This document shows positions 34,991-46,699 of a stretch of 64,000 nucleotides of DNA, in pieces (the first letter of the stretch is position 1; every line of letters starts with the position of its first letter). The stretch lies in sequence record OR545507.1. One strand, 5' to 3'. The notes beneath the pieces are model-generated. The model was not told the DNA's origin. It was given only the letters and a program-made list of their open reading frames with translations, and did not search any database. The translations under genes and the position numbers were made by a program.

Positions 34991-35067
34991 TGGCCGAGGT
35001 AGAGGGACTTGAACCCCCAACCTAGAGATTAGAATTCTCTTGCACTATCCAATTGTGCTATACCCCG
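34991..35067 (-). tRNA. tRNA-Arg(TCT)
   Basis: CGGGGTA/TACCTCG-G-CCA; AGAGA-ATTCTAA-TCTCT. Confidence 0.95.
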
Positions 35068-35071
35068 TATT

Positions 35072-35187
<116 letters not shown>

Positions 35188-35220
35188 ATGTTATGTCCCA
35201 TTATATAATGAATTAATGAT

Positions 35221-35547
35221 TTATGCAAGTGCTTTAGATACACCGACACCAATAATTCCAGTGATATCGATATGGATATTGGCAAGTTGATTACTATCAT
35301 ATGGGTTTGTTTCTGTAATAACCAATGTTGTATCATTGACTAAAACCACAGTACCTTTTACACGATAACCATGTAGTAGTACTTGAACCTCATCTTCAGG
35401 TTTTAATGATTGAATAACTTCAAATAAAGTTGTTTCCATTTTTTGTATTCCTTGTTTAGTTTTGATTATTTGACTTTCTAAATGCCAGTTCGCATATAAA
35501 CCAGGGTTTTCTGGTATCCAAAACATATGACCTGAAAAGATTTTCAT
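35221..35547 (-). CDS. Hypothetical protein (real start probably the internal METTLF)
   Basis: ORF track; GGA RBS precedes the internal ATG. Confidence 0.6.
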   Translation of the reverse strand: MKIFSGHMFWIPENPGLYANWHLESQIIKTKQGIQKMETTLFEVIQSLKPEDEVQVLLHGYRVKGTVVLVNDTTLVITETNPYDSNQLANIHIDITGIIGVGVSKALA

Positions 35548-35639
35548 CTCTTAATATATCATAATGTACCTGACGAATGCCATTCCCAAAGCAGTCATGT
35601 TCTTTATGCTGTTTGGACATCCATTCTTCGTGTGTCATT

Positions 35640-35656
<17 letters not shown>
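35456..35656 (-). CDS. MTHEEW family micro-protein
   Basis: (MYWIHK)MTHEEWMSK...FGNGIRQVHYDIL...WFICELAFR. Confidence 0.75.
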
Positions 35657-35975
<319 letters not shown>

Positions 35976-35980
35976 TCTTA

Positions 35981-36597
35981 CTATTTTTTATCTCTAATAG
36001 CAAGCTCGTAGATGAACCAGTGGTTGGAATCTTCGTCCAAAACCAATGATTCGAACGTTTTTTTATCGTTCAAAACATCATAATGGCCTTGGCGTATACC
36101 AAATCCAAAATGATCATGTTTATATTTTAGTGACTCTATCCATTCTTCATGTGTCATTTTATGTATCCAGTTCAATTAAGTGTTTCATTTATTCTTCTGT
36201 AAAGAAAGCATTGCAATGGACAATGGAAAAGGTTATTATATTTTTTTGTCTCTAACCGCAAGCTCATAGATGAACCAACGATTTCCATTCTCATCTAGTA
36301 CATATGATTCGAACTTATATTTGTCTCGTAAAATATCGAAATGACCATCAATAAATCCATTTCCAAACTGGTCATAACGTTTTTTCATCATTGCCATCCA
36401 TTCTTCATGTGTCATCTCTTAATATCCATAACGGCTATACTAAAATATGTACCAAAATCATCACAATTGATAATGTTGTTATAGTACTCAATTGGGTTAC
36501 GCAATGATATATACAATTCAAGCTTAAAATAGTATATATCTGCTGCATTTATATTATAGTGTAGATTAAACCACTCATCAAATGTCTTAGGCTGCAT
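35981..36597 (-). CDS. MTHEEW family micro-proteins (35981-36175; 36236-36415, not in track; 36412-36597, divergent TFDEW)
   Basis: MTHEEW...FG.G...GH.D.L.D...FES.VLDE....WFIYELA.RDKK shared by the first two. Confidence 0.75.
36163..36230 (-). pseudogene. Remnant of the 3' end of the 71-aa ORF
   Basis: Reads IVHCNAFFTEE*MKHLIELDT* versus IVHDSAFFTKEEMQHLIVLDT*. Confidence 0.6.
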
Positions 36598-37491
36598 TAT
36601 ATTTATCTTTATAAAAATCCATGATTTTAGTCAACAGTACTGCAATCGTATAATCTAAATCAGGATAAAGTAAATTGTACTGAAATTCTTCCTCAACACT
36701 ATAGTTAGTGGTACAGTACTGGTAATCTTTATAACCTATTGAAAAATAATTCGGATACAATGTACAACGAAAGCGATAAGCTTCATCTGTCATATAATCA
36801 TTGTATTCAACACAGAAGTATAGTGATTTTGAATTTAATTCGATAAGCTCAACGAATCCATCAGGTAATGAATGGTTATAAATTACTGAATCTTCATTAA
36901 ACCATTCATAGTATTTTTCCAAAAAATCACTAATGGATACATCCAGACTTTGTATAGGTGGAGTTATGATAATTTGAACTTCTTTATTCATTTCGACCCC
37001 TTACTATATTTCACGTATGGGTTATCATACAGATCATAACTTTTTTGTGCACGTTCTTTTCGGCGTTCATACATGATTCTATCATACTCTTTAGCTTTCT
37101 GATTTGCTTCATTATACAATTTTAAAATTAGCAAAAATGCATCAAGATCGGGATAGTTTGCCGGATTGATAGTACTCAGCATAAATCGTTCTTCTTCAGT
37201 TCTAGCTAAGTCAAATTCATACTTAATAGTTTTATACCCACTCCATTTATATATATGCGTTACTTTATTAGTAAGTACATTATATTCAACGAAGTCAGTA
37301 CTACCATCAAGTACACGAGTAATCTTAATAGATGTACCAATGACAATCTGCACAGAACTCATTTCTGAAGTTTTAAAGTAATAAATGTTATTACGGCGAA
37401 GATTAACTTCTCGATCTCCAATGCGAACATGCTTAATAACTTCCATTAATGGTTCTGGGACACCACGAATCGGCATGTTAGTATTCCTCAA
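36587..37491 (-). CDS. Two EExxFQxS family proteins (36587-36991, 36988-37491)
   Basis: SVEEEFQYNLLY; TEEERFMLSTIN. Confidence 0.7.
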
Positions 37492-38047
37492 TAACGGTTA
37501 GGAATCTATCCCAACCAGTATAAGTGAAATGATCAAAGTATTGTTTTTCGCCACCTACCATATATACTTCAATTAAACCGTGGTCGAAATAATTTTTTGG
37601 TTTTTTAACTTCAGTTACGATTGCTTTATGTCTGAAACCATTATAATCAGTATATGTTACAATATCGTGAATTTTGATATTATCAGGTGTATAAGTGTTG
37701 GCGTTATTATTGAGAACATGAAGATGATGGTCTACGATTTCTTTACTGGAAATTACTCCAAATATGTTACCAGAAAATACTTTATTACCATTACAGGTCA
37801 ATGCCCAGCCATCACCAACTTCAATAGATTCAAATACATAATGTGTGCAAATTTTAGATACATCTGACGTATCCCAGTAATCACCATCAAGATTGGTGAA
37901 TTTATAAACAGTTTTGAGTTTTTCGCCATCAAATGAAAGCAATGATACTCCGATAACAACCGTTCCGTCTTTAAGAATAATATTAAATTTATTATTTGTA
38001 TTAAAATATGCTTCTGACTCATATGTGTTGAATTTAATAAAGTTCAT
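37478..38047 (-). CDS. Hypothetical protein (189 aa)
   Basis: ORF track. Confidence 0.7.
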   Translation of the reverse strand: MNFIKFNTYESEAYFNTNNKFNIILKDGTVVIGVSLLSFDGEKLKTVYKFTNLDGDYWDTSDVSKICTHYVFESIEVGDGWALTCNGNKVFSGNIFGVISSKEIVDHHLHVLNNNANTYTPDNIKIHDIVTYTDYNGFRHKAIVTEVKKPKNYFDHGLIEVYMVGGEKQYFDHFTYTGWDRFLTVIEEY

Positions 38048-38094
38048 ATGTTCTCCTTAGTAAGTCATAGTATTATATCAGAGTTTCATTGCAC

Positions 38095-38487
38095 TTACCA
38101 GCATGTTTTCATAACTTCTGTGATGTAAATCATTTTATCTTTAAGTTCGTGAGGGATGCAAATTTCACCTGGGTTTAACGTTGTGTTCTTTTGAAACTCA
38201 TCTTCTTCGGAATCAGCCAGGTAAAATGGGTGTGTCACAAAGGTATCATCAACTGTACGCTTATTTGGTTTCATTAATGCATCATGATTTATAAAATAAT
38301 AGGCATCAATATCAGGACGGTAATACAAACAATCAACCTTGAAGTTCGGGTGTAACCATAAAGACAACGAATAGGTCATTTGGTTACCAATTTGTCTTGG
38401 TCCAGTAGTAATTGTATTGATGTTATTTTTATCTTGCACCATTTCATAAATGAAATCTATCATTTCGTGTAGTTCTGATTCAGTCAT
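38095..38487 (-). CDS. EExxFQxS family protein
   Basis: SEEDEFQKNTTLN. Confidence 0.7.
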   Translation of the reverse strand: MTESELHEMIDFIYEMVQDKNNINTITTGPRQIGNQMTYSLSLWLHPNFKVDCLYYRPDIDAYYFINHDALMKPNKRTVDDTFVTHPFYLADSEEDEFQKNTTLNPGEICIPHELKDKMIYITEVMKTCW

Positions 38488-38498
38488 TTTATTTCCTT

Positions 38499-38529
38499 AA
38501 AAAAATACCCAGTACTTGACTGGGTATTT
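38499..38529 (-). terminator. Intrinsic terminator
   Basis: AATACCCAGT/ACTGGGTATT stem plus T-tract. Confidence 0.85.
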
Positions 38530-38541
38530 ACAAAGTAACGT

Positions 38542-41500
38542 TTAATCAGATTTCTTTTCGTAATCTGTAAAAACAGTCAGGATTGTTGCACATAGTGAAT
38601 CAACTACTGATGCACGTGTGTTATCAAGGTCTTTAGCTAGTGCTTGAATCTCTTGAAGTTTTACTACTAAGTCGATTTTTTGATTACTCATTACTTCTCC
38701 TATTGGATGTTTTTTAGATATTAATTTTTATACCACTAAGGTCTAGAACTTTTTTATTAGATACTGTTTCTGATTCTAATTTAGTTTCTTTTACCTCAGT
38801 GTTAATATTTACGTCATCTTTGAGAATATCAGGGATAATACCATGTTGAATATCATCGTACATAGAAACAACGGTTTCGGCACAAGATAACATTTCACGA
38901 ACTTTGTACTGATAACCCTGTGGTAACTCATTGATGATTTCCATAATATCTAGTAATTTAGTTTGGACATCAATAAGAATTTTTCTTGATTTTTCTGGTT
39001 CCATTACTCCAACTCCACAACATTACTTTTTTTGGATTTAATCACTGATGGTGGCTCATTAACGCTTGTTTGACCACGAAGTGATTTTTCCAACGCAATG
39101 ATGCGTTTTAAAGTTTTTATTGATGGTCGCTTCTTCGTCAACTCAGCTTTTGCTTCTGAATAATATTTTCTTACATATCCATAGGCATAATATTTTGAAC
39201 CAATGAAAATTTCAGCAACTACTGGATTTGAGTATTGTGTATCAATTCCATCTAGATCCGTGTCTACCGAGTAGAATGAAATATTTGTATCACATGCTGA
39301 AATTTTAGCCACCAAAAGATTTGCATCGAACTTATCTAAAATTAGAGAAATTGTTTTTTCGGCATCAGCACTATATGGCATAGCAGACATTAAAAGTTGG
39401 AATGTCTTAAAGTACTTACTTCCACTAATCATGGTATTGAAAATCAATCCAATGGTGATTAATGCAAGTGTACCAATACACACAAACAAAAACCAATATT
39501 CAACACTCATTTATAAATCCTCTTACTTTATATGATTAAAATGCCCCATCAAAAATGATGAGGCGGTAAGATAAATTACTTACGATTTGCTTTACGCAGT
39601 TCAGATAGTTCTTCTTGAAGACTTTTCTTCCATGCAATCAAGTGAGCAAAACGGATTGGCCTTGCACCAGTACCGTGGAATACTGCTAGAGCTTCTTCTG
39701 CTTGATGAATCTGGAATTGAATGTAGTTCACAGTGCGGTCGAAGTCGGTGATATCTAGTACTTGTGCGTTAGTTTCTTTAGCCATTTTAATACCCTTTTA
39801 TTTCTTTTTTATGAAAAACCCTCATCATTGAGGAATGGTTTGCATTTTAATATCTGCCGATAACAAACATTATATCACAATATCTGTTCTTGTCCAATTT
39901 TTAATTATTAGAAAGAACAATTTTTGAAACTGGTAAATCTGTATTATTTACACGTTGTTCATTATATCCATTCTGTACAAGAATGTCAATAACTTTAGAC
40001 TTATCAATTGTAAATGATTCTAACATATCATATCGGTAATAACCAATAGTCTGACTGAACTCATATTTTCCTGGCTGTTGACGACAACACGTATTTGTTT
40101 CAGCCATAATCTTATTGATTAGGTAATATGTTTCAGTACTATCAATATTTGGAATATAGATCTTATCATCAAAATGAATTACTTCATGTTTATTCATAGA
40201 GTGATTCAATCTCCGCTTTAAGAATGGAAATAATCTCTTTCTGAAGGCCAGTAATTTCACTGTTCAAAGATGATAGTCGCTTCGATAATGCCATGAATTG
40301 CTTTGCATCTTCTTTAGAACGGTCATTTCGTACTTTATCAGAACTCCAGTTAGCATATGATTGCTCATCTTTCCTGTTAAGGATATCCCAGTCTAAACGT
40401 ACTAGTTTACGTTCTTTCTTCAGTTCGCTTAAGCGAGATTTCATTTCTTCTTTAGTCATTAAATTGTTCCTTTCATGAAGTCTGGAATAACGATTACGAT
40501 AGGAGGATTATACTCTACATAACCATTTTTTGTCAATAGACTTTTAATATCTGAAATCACATTATCATGCTGTTCAATATCTTTATCACAAAAGATTTCC
40601 AATTCTTTCTGAAACGGTTTTTTAACCGAGATGTTTTGAGTCAGTGTTTGGATTCTCTGTAACATATCAATTGGATCTGGACTGAACTCATTACCAACAT
40701 AAAGAGTACCAGATGCATCTTTTTCTAGCAAGACTTCTAAAATTTTCATTTCGTATCCTTCAATTTACTAAAGTTTTCTCGTGTAAATCCAGGAACTGGA
40801 AAATATACATCACAGTCAACATCAGGATTCATAATTACCATGTCATTACATATTATATCACGAATTTTACTGCCGTCCACGATTTTTTGCATTAAATCAT
40901 TCCATTTTTTACGAGAAATAACGAATGTACTAATTATACATAAATCATGTCCACGTTTTGAAATATATCCTAGTACTTCATTATCGTAAACAACACGTAT
41001 GGTAACTTTTCCAATTGTAACCCCTCTTACTGGATTAATACTAGTATCTTCAAAAATTAATTCTAATTTAAGTTTACCATTCGAAATAAGTGATGAAGTA
41101 TATTTAGAAACCATTTTATCAATTTCTTGAGTTAAATCATCTCTACCTAGATATTCAAATACAGAATAAGTTAATTCGTCTGCACCTAACTGTTGGATAG
41201 TTGGAAGCTGTGCAACCATATCTAAAGATACAGGTTCGATATATATTCTTTCAATATCAGAAGATTGTACAAATAGACAACCATCAGGTGTCGTATCTCT
41301 AACAATTTCGGCATAATATGTATAAAGATAAAAAACATTAGACTCGGATGAGTCAGTTTCTACCCAAATCTCAGATTGTTTCATTTCATCTTTATGAAGA
41401 ATTCGTTGAGTAAATCCTATGTAAAAACCAAGATATAAATCATCATCAGTTTCAAACGGATTAAACATCAAATACGGATATTTGTCAAGGTACTCATTGA

Positions 41501-42733
41501 ACTTACGCTGTACATCTCTATCACAATCCATGATATACTTTCGGAATTCAGAAATGATTATTTTTTCTAATGACATAATCAATCCTCAAGATGCATGTAG
41601 TACATAAACATCGCCAACCATATAAAAAACCCGAAACAACGAAGTAAAATATCAATTGTTGGATCTGTCCCACCATTAACTTGGTAAACGATTACTGGGA
41701 TTAAAGCAATAGTAATAGACACAGCACATAAGATGAATGCAACAAACACCTCAAACATAAACTTAATCGTTTCCATTATTATCCTTCAATGTGTAGTGTA
41801 GTACATCTAAAAAGTTATACATTGATTCATTACGCATAACCTTGATTGTTAAATTACGACAACCCAACATACGTTTGAGGCGACGCTTCACCGCAGTTAA
41901 ATCATGTGTACTATTCGTATACAGACCATTAACCTGACCTGGAACAGTTGGCACATGAAGAATGTAATCATAATTCATTAGTAAGCGTTGATTATATTTC
42001 TTTAATGCTTGCTTGTATTCTGAAATATTTTCAAAGAATGTACAATAACGGTCGTAACGATTCATTTTATTCAAAATTGAAATACGAAAAGCGTTACCAC
42101 TATTCCAATCATCTTCAGTTGGGTTTGGGTTGATATGTGCCATGTTAGCTGTACTGTACCCACCACTTGTGAAAACTTCAGAATATCCATTCTCAAAAAC
42201 ATACAATGTTGCTTTGTGGCCTCGGAATTCTTTACGGTACTTTGACAGTACTTGAATGTGATTACGCTTGGACTTGTACATCTCGTAACCTTCATAATCT
42301 GAACTGAATTCACAAATTTTATCAACACCAGCCATTTCGTATATCCTCGTTTAATTAATATAGGAGTATTATATATACTCCATTTTCATGTGTCAAGCTT
42401 TATAATACGGAAGACTTTTTACTAAAGATTCAGACGTATTATTTTTTACCCATGTACTACCGTTATCATTAGATACGTATCCAGTACCATTAATAAATTT
42501 ACGCATAATACCAGTAAAAATATTAGTATACACCATTACTCAGTATCCTTTGGTTTAGAATGTAAACCATACTTTTCATCATAACGATCATAGGTAGTAC
42601 CATTAGTACTAGCTTTGATGCTTTCAGTACGATTGATTGGTTCAATCTTAACACCACGATAACCAATCTCTTCTTTAAATTGTTCCCATGATTCACGTAA
42701 ACTCATTTTAGCCCCTTTTGTTATTTCATACAC
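38542..42733 (-). CDS. Run of about 12 hypothetical ORFs (including 38714-39004, 39004-39510, 39576-39785, 39901-40260, 40190-40459, 40459-40749, 40746-41582, 41579-41776, 41763-42335, 42536-42733)
   Basis: ORF track; co-oriented; no domain recognised. Confidence 0.7.
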
Positions 42734-42866
42734 TCACGTAGGTCAATCTTTTCTACTGACCCACCGAGCACTAGATAGTGAAAATTAGAATCTTTGTTTG
42801 CCATATTCAAAAGATCTGCTTTCTGTTGAAGCGTAAAGCGTGAAGTACTGTTACGTACTGGCATAG

Positions 42867-43310
42867 TTACTCCTTAAAGTAGATATCACGAATTTGTTTA
42901 ATCATCTCTAACTCTTGAAGTCCTATCATACCAAAGTCTTCTTGTATTGTCAACTGCTGAAAGTACATTTCCTCTAAATTATCATAAGGAATATCCACTA
43001 ATGATAAAGGAACACGTTCACCACGGTATAGCAGATCTTCAACTAAAAGTTTTAAAATCATGATAGAAAATGAATCTTTTTGGATATGAAATTTGTAAAA
43101 TGTCTGGTTAGTACTGAACATTGTATTTGATGGATTGAAACCCATTTCAACAAATACTGTATCTTTATCATTATGTGTGACATATGTACATCTTGAATTC
43201 GCAAGAACTTTAGATTTTGGGAAATAAAAATCACCCATCAACTTCTGTCGTTTCCAATCCTCGTATACAACTGGATGCTTAACCTTCTTCAATTGGTGCA
43301 GTACTGTCAT
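42867..43310 (-). CDS. EExxFQxS family protein
   Basis: LEEMYFQQLTIQE. Confidence 0.7.
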   Translation of the reverse strand: MTVLHQLKKVKHPVVYEDWKRQKLMGDFYFPKSKVLANSRCTYVTHNDKDTVFVEMGFNPSNTMFSTNQTFYKFHIQKDSFSIMILKLLVEDLLYRGERVPLSLVDIPYDNLEEMYFQQLTIQEDFGMIGLQELEMIKQIRDIYFKE

Positions 43311-43690
43311 AGTTTTTTCCAGTCCAATGAATCGAAATCGATTTGCTCAGGATTATCAACAGCGACAACTCGTGCATTATGAAGAGTTTCAAAGTAGCCG
43401 TTCCACGGTGTTCGTAATGGAACTGTCACATCGCCAACTTTAACCAAGAATGAATATTCTGGTGATATTGGGTCAAACCACTCTTTTTGTTTAGCATTTT
43501 CAACGATAGTTTCGTGTTCTTTAGTATAGCAATTATCTTGCTTCATATAAAACACCCAATGCTCTTTTAGGCACTGTAAAGCAGCAACTGCTTCCTCTTT
43601 AGAAGACCATTGAATATCAATTGTATTAAGAACGTCATAACAATTTTCAGTGTCCCCTGTAGTATAATGTACTTCAATGCTGTATTTCAT
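43307..43690 (-). CDS. Hypothetical protein (127 aa)
   Basis: ORF track. Confidence 0.7.
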   Translation of the reverse strand: MKYSIEVHYTTGDTENCYDVLNTIDIQWSSKEEAVAALQCLKEHWVFYMKQDNCYTKEHETIVENAKQKEWFDPISPEYSFLVKVGDVTVPLRTPWNGYFETLHNARVVAVDNPEQIDFDSLDWKKL

Positions 43691-44684
43691 TAATCATCGC
43701 CTTTTAGTAATTTACAAATTTCAATCATATGATAATAACATGTATTCCAAAATTGTCCATTAGTACTTCCAACATCATGCACAGTACTTTGCTGGAACAC
43801 ATATTCATCGTTGAACATCATTTTAATATCATCAATGTAAAATTCTGGTTTTGAATCATTATTGTATTCAATACTCGTTTCACCATCTGGATCAAGTGAA
43901 ATTGATGATATGTCGTGAATTCCTCTCGGATTTGTTGGATAAATTCTCAACGTAAGAGGATAGAAGTCTGGATCGGTTTCATAGGTATATTCGATTATGT
44001 AATAACCATCACCAGTAATTGATTGATATTTAAATGTAGTTTCAATTGAATTTGAGATGTTATATCCCAGTTTCTTTATCTCATGTAGATGTGATAATAT
44101 TTTATGTAAAGATCCTAAAACATGAATCAAATTATCAATTTTCATTTACGATCCTTTGAAAAGTTCAGTTTAAAAGTTTTACCAAATTCCATTGTAGCTT
44201 TACCCAGATTGTTAATATTTTCTTTCAACATTTCTTGCATCTTCCTAATACTTTCAATCCAGGCTTCTTCTTCGATACGAAGAATTGGTCGCAATCGTTC
44301 CTGAATATCGTTAAAACGTGTATTGAGTTCAACCAATGATTCATATGTGAAATCTTTCATATCGATAATAGTACTTCTTTGAAAGAATTCTTCTTCAGAC
44401 AAATTACTTAAAATGATTTTATCACGACCAATAGATAATGTCAATTCATCATCTTTATTTTTTTTAATTACAATACTAATAGGTGTTTTTAATGTAATAC
44501 AAATATCATGATTATTAAATGTTTCAGTTTGGTTTGACATTCTGAATTGAAGTTTCCCAGATAAAGCATGTACTGGTGATGGTTTCTTTTTACCAGTAAT
44601 AACATCTTCCCATGAATCGAGAATATTATTAATAATTTTAACATAAGGAATTGGCATATATGCACCTATGAAAAATCCACGCAA
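43690..44684 (-). CDS. Two EExxFQxS family proteins (43690-44145, 44142-44684)
   Basis: NDEYVFQQSTVHD; SEEEFFQRSTIID. Confidence 0.75.
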
Positions 44685-44699
44685 TGCGTGGATTTGTAA

Positions 44700-45230
44700 T
44701 TATTCAAGTATAGTAATTTCAATTAAACGAATTTCGATAAACTCGTTTTCAGTTTCCCATGACGTGCCAAATTTCTTTTCAAGTTCAGATTTCACATCAC
44801 TTTTAAATTTTCCCATAGTATTAGGAATAATTTGTTTGGTTAATTTGTCGTAACCACAATAAAACATAGGTTTCTCCCTTCGAGATATTAGCTGAACAAA
44901 ATCTTTTGGATATGCAGGTATGTTATGCATCACTTCATGAATACACTCAGTACTTGAATCTTGTACTTTGTACATTACATTAAGTTTACCTCTGAAATTT
45001 GCGGTCATATCAACAATAGTTCCTTTACCCGATTTAAGTAAAGTTCCATTCTTTGAATGAGAGCAATAAAATACCTCATCACCAATATTAGGATAATACA
45101 AATTAAATTCTAATTCAGATTTTACAGCCAGCCGTTTGAAACTTTCTGTACGTTTTATATAAGTTTGGTATTTGTTTATGTTCAAAAGAATATCTCTCTT
45201 AGTAAATGTGATATAACTGGCATAGTCCAT
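44700..45230 (-). CDS. Hypothetical protein (176 aa)
   Basis: ORF track. Confidence 0.65.
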   Translation of the reverse strand: MDYASYITFTKRDILLNINKYQTYIKRTESFKRLAVKSELEFNLYYPNIGDEVFYCSHSKNGTLLKSGKGTIVDMTANFRGKLNVMYKVQDSSTECIHEVMHNIPAYPKDFVQLISRREKPMFYCGYDKLTKQIIPNTMGKFKSDVKSELEKKFGTSWETENEFIEIRLIEITILE

Positions 45231-46042
45231 CCATTCCCAAGCATTTTGTATGCTTGTGTCTTACTAGACACTTTAAAGAAATCTTCAGGAACACCCTGTA
45301 ATTTACAACATTCTACTACACTTAAGTGTCTATAGTCAATATTTCTTTTGCCATTCTCTAATAGATATTGACGACTGATCACTGGGTCACGAAACACCAA
45401 TTGTCGTCTGGATTTATTAAAGTACTGGTTACAATCACCACCTTTAAAATAGTTAGCATCTATACAGTACGAAGCGGTTCTGTCAGTGTACCAACCATCT
45501 TCAATAATATCTTGAAGTTTAGGTGCATTGGATAATGCAGGTGGTATAAAAAGCTTATCAGTACTGTACCAGTAATATCTCTGCCTGAAGTGAGGCGTAT
45601 AATGCTGGGAGTTTATCAGTACTGGCGTGATTCCTAAAATACTATTAATGTATTCTTTGAAATCTTCCTTCATTTTAACATTTTCAAACAGAAATTTCAA
45701 GTTAGGATTGAGACTTTTGATATGATCAAAAATTTCAACCATTACTAAAAATAACTGCCCACGTATATCATTTAAACCACCCTGTTTACCTGCAACTGAC
45801 CAGGCTTGACATGGGAAACCACCCATTAATAAATCTATTTTATCCCACTCAATATCCCATTCTCTCCACTTAGTTACATCACCCAATTGGATAATATCAG
45901 GAAAGTTAGCTTGAGATTCAGCTATTGCGTACTTGTCAATTTCGGATGAATAATATTTTTCAACTGGGATACCAGCATCTTGCAATGCCATATATCCCAC
46001 ACTCATTCCATTAAAAAGAGAAAGTACTCGGATAGGTTTCAT
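45182..46042 (-). CDS. dcm: DNA (cytosine-5)-methyltransferase
   Basis: Motif I VLSLFNG, EID, GDV, motif IV GGFPCQ, motif VI ENV, RQR, and motif X YKMLGNGW. Confidence 0.95.
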   Translation of the reverse strand: MKPIRVLSLFNGMSVGYMALQDAGIPVEKYYSSEIDKYAIAESQANFPDIIQLGDVTKWREWDIEWDKIDLLMGGFPCQAWSVAGKQGGLNDIRGQLFLVMVEIFDHIKSLNPNLKFLFENVKMKEDFKEYINSILGITPVLINSQHYTPHFRQRYYWYSTDKLFIPPALSNAPKLQDIIEDGWYTDRTASYCIDANYFKGGDCNQYFNKSRRQLVFRDPVISRQYLLENGKRNIDYRHLSVVECCKLQGVPEDFFKVSSKTQAYKMLGNGWTMPVISHLLREIFF

Positions 46043-46094
46043 ATAAAATCCTTTTTATATTGTTAAGGTACTATAATATATTATAGCATCTTAT

Positions 46095-46685
46095 TTAGAA
46101 ATCTTCCAAACTTTTTTCATCACACCATCGTGATGTACAGATGATTGCAGATGCCAGAATTGAAGCACTTGCACGTCCTCCACCAAGTAAGTACTGGCTA
46201 ATTACACCAATCATATTGAACACTTTATCATACTCGGTTAGTTGTTCAAAACCTTTCTTCCAATGCTGATATTCTTCTTCTGTGACATTAAACTCACCAT
46301 CAAGTTCCTTTAAAATCTTTTTAAGCACAGCACTATGTTCACTCATCATCATCTCCATATCGTTCGTCATAAAAATCATCATCACGATCTAATGGTTCTT
46401 TTGGCTTTTCAGACATATATTTCCTCACATGGTAAAGGTATTATCACCATCCATATCTTCATCAGTTGCTTCAGCTAATGTCTTGATTGTAAGTAATCCA
46501 CGCTTCACGTACAACATGAAGACCTTTTCATAATTACCAAACATAATCTCAGGTGACATGTAATTCTCTGTTACAATGACGATTGGACGGCCCTGTGAAA
46601 GCATACGAAACATAGTACGATATTTGTCAAATGTACGAAATTCATCCATGTTCATCATGTGGCGTTTACGAACTACTTTAGTCAT
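46095..46685 (-). CDS. Two hypothetical ORFs (46095-46385, 46425-46685)
   Basis: ORF track. Confidence 0.65.
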
Positions 46686-46699
46686 CTTATTACCTTTAG

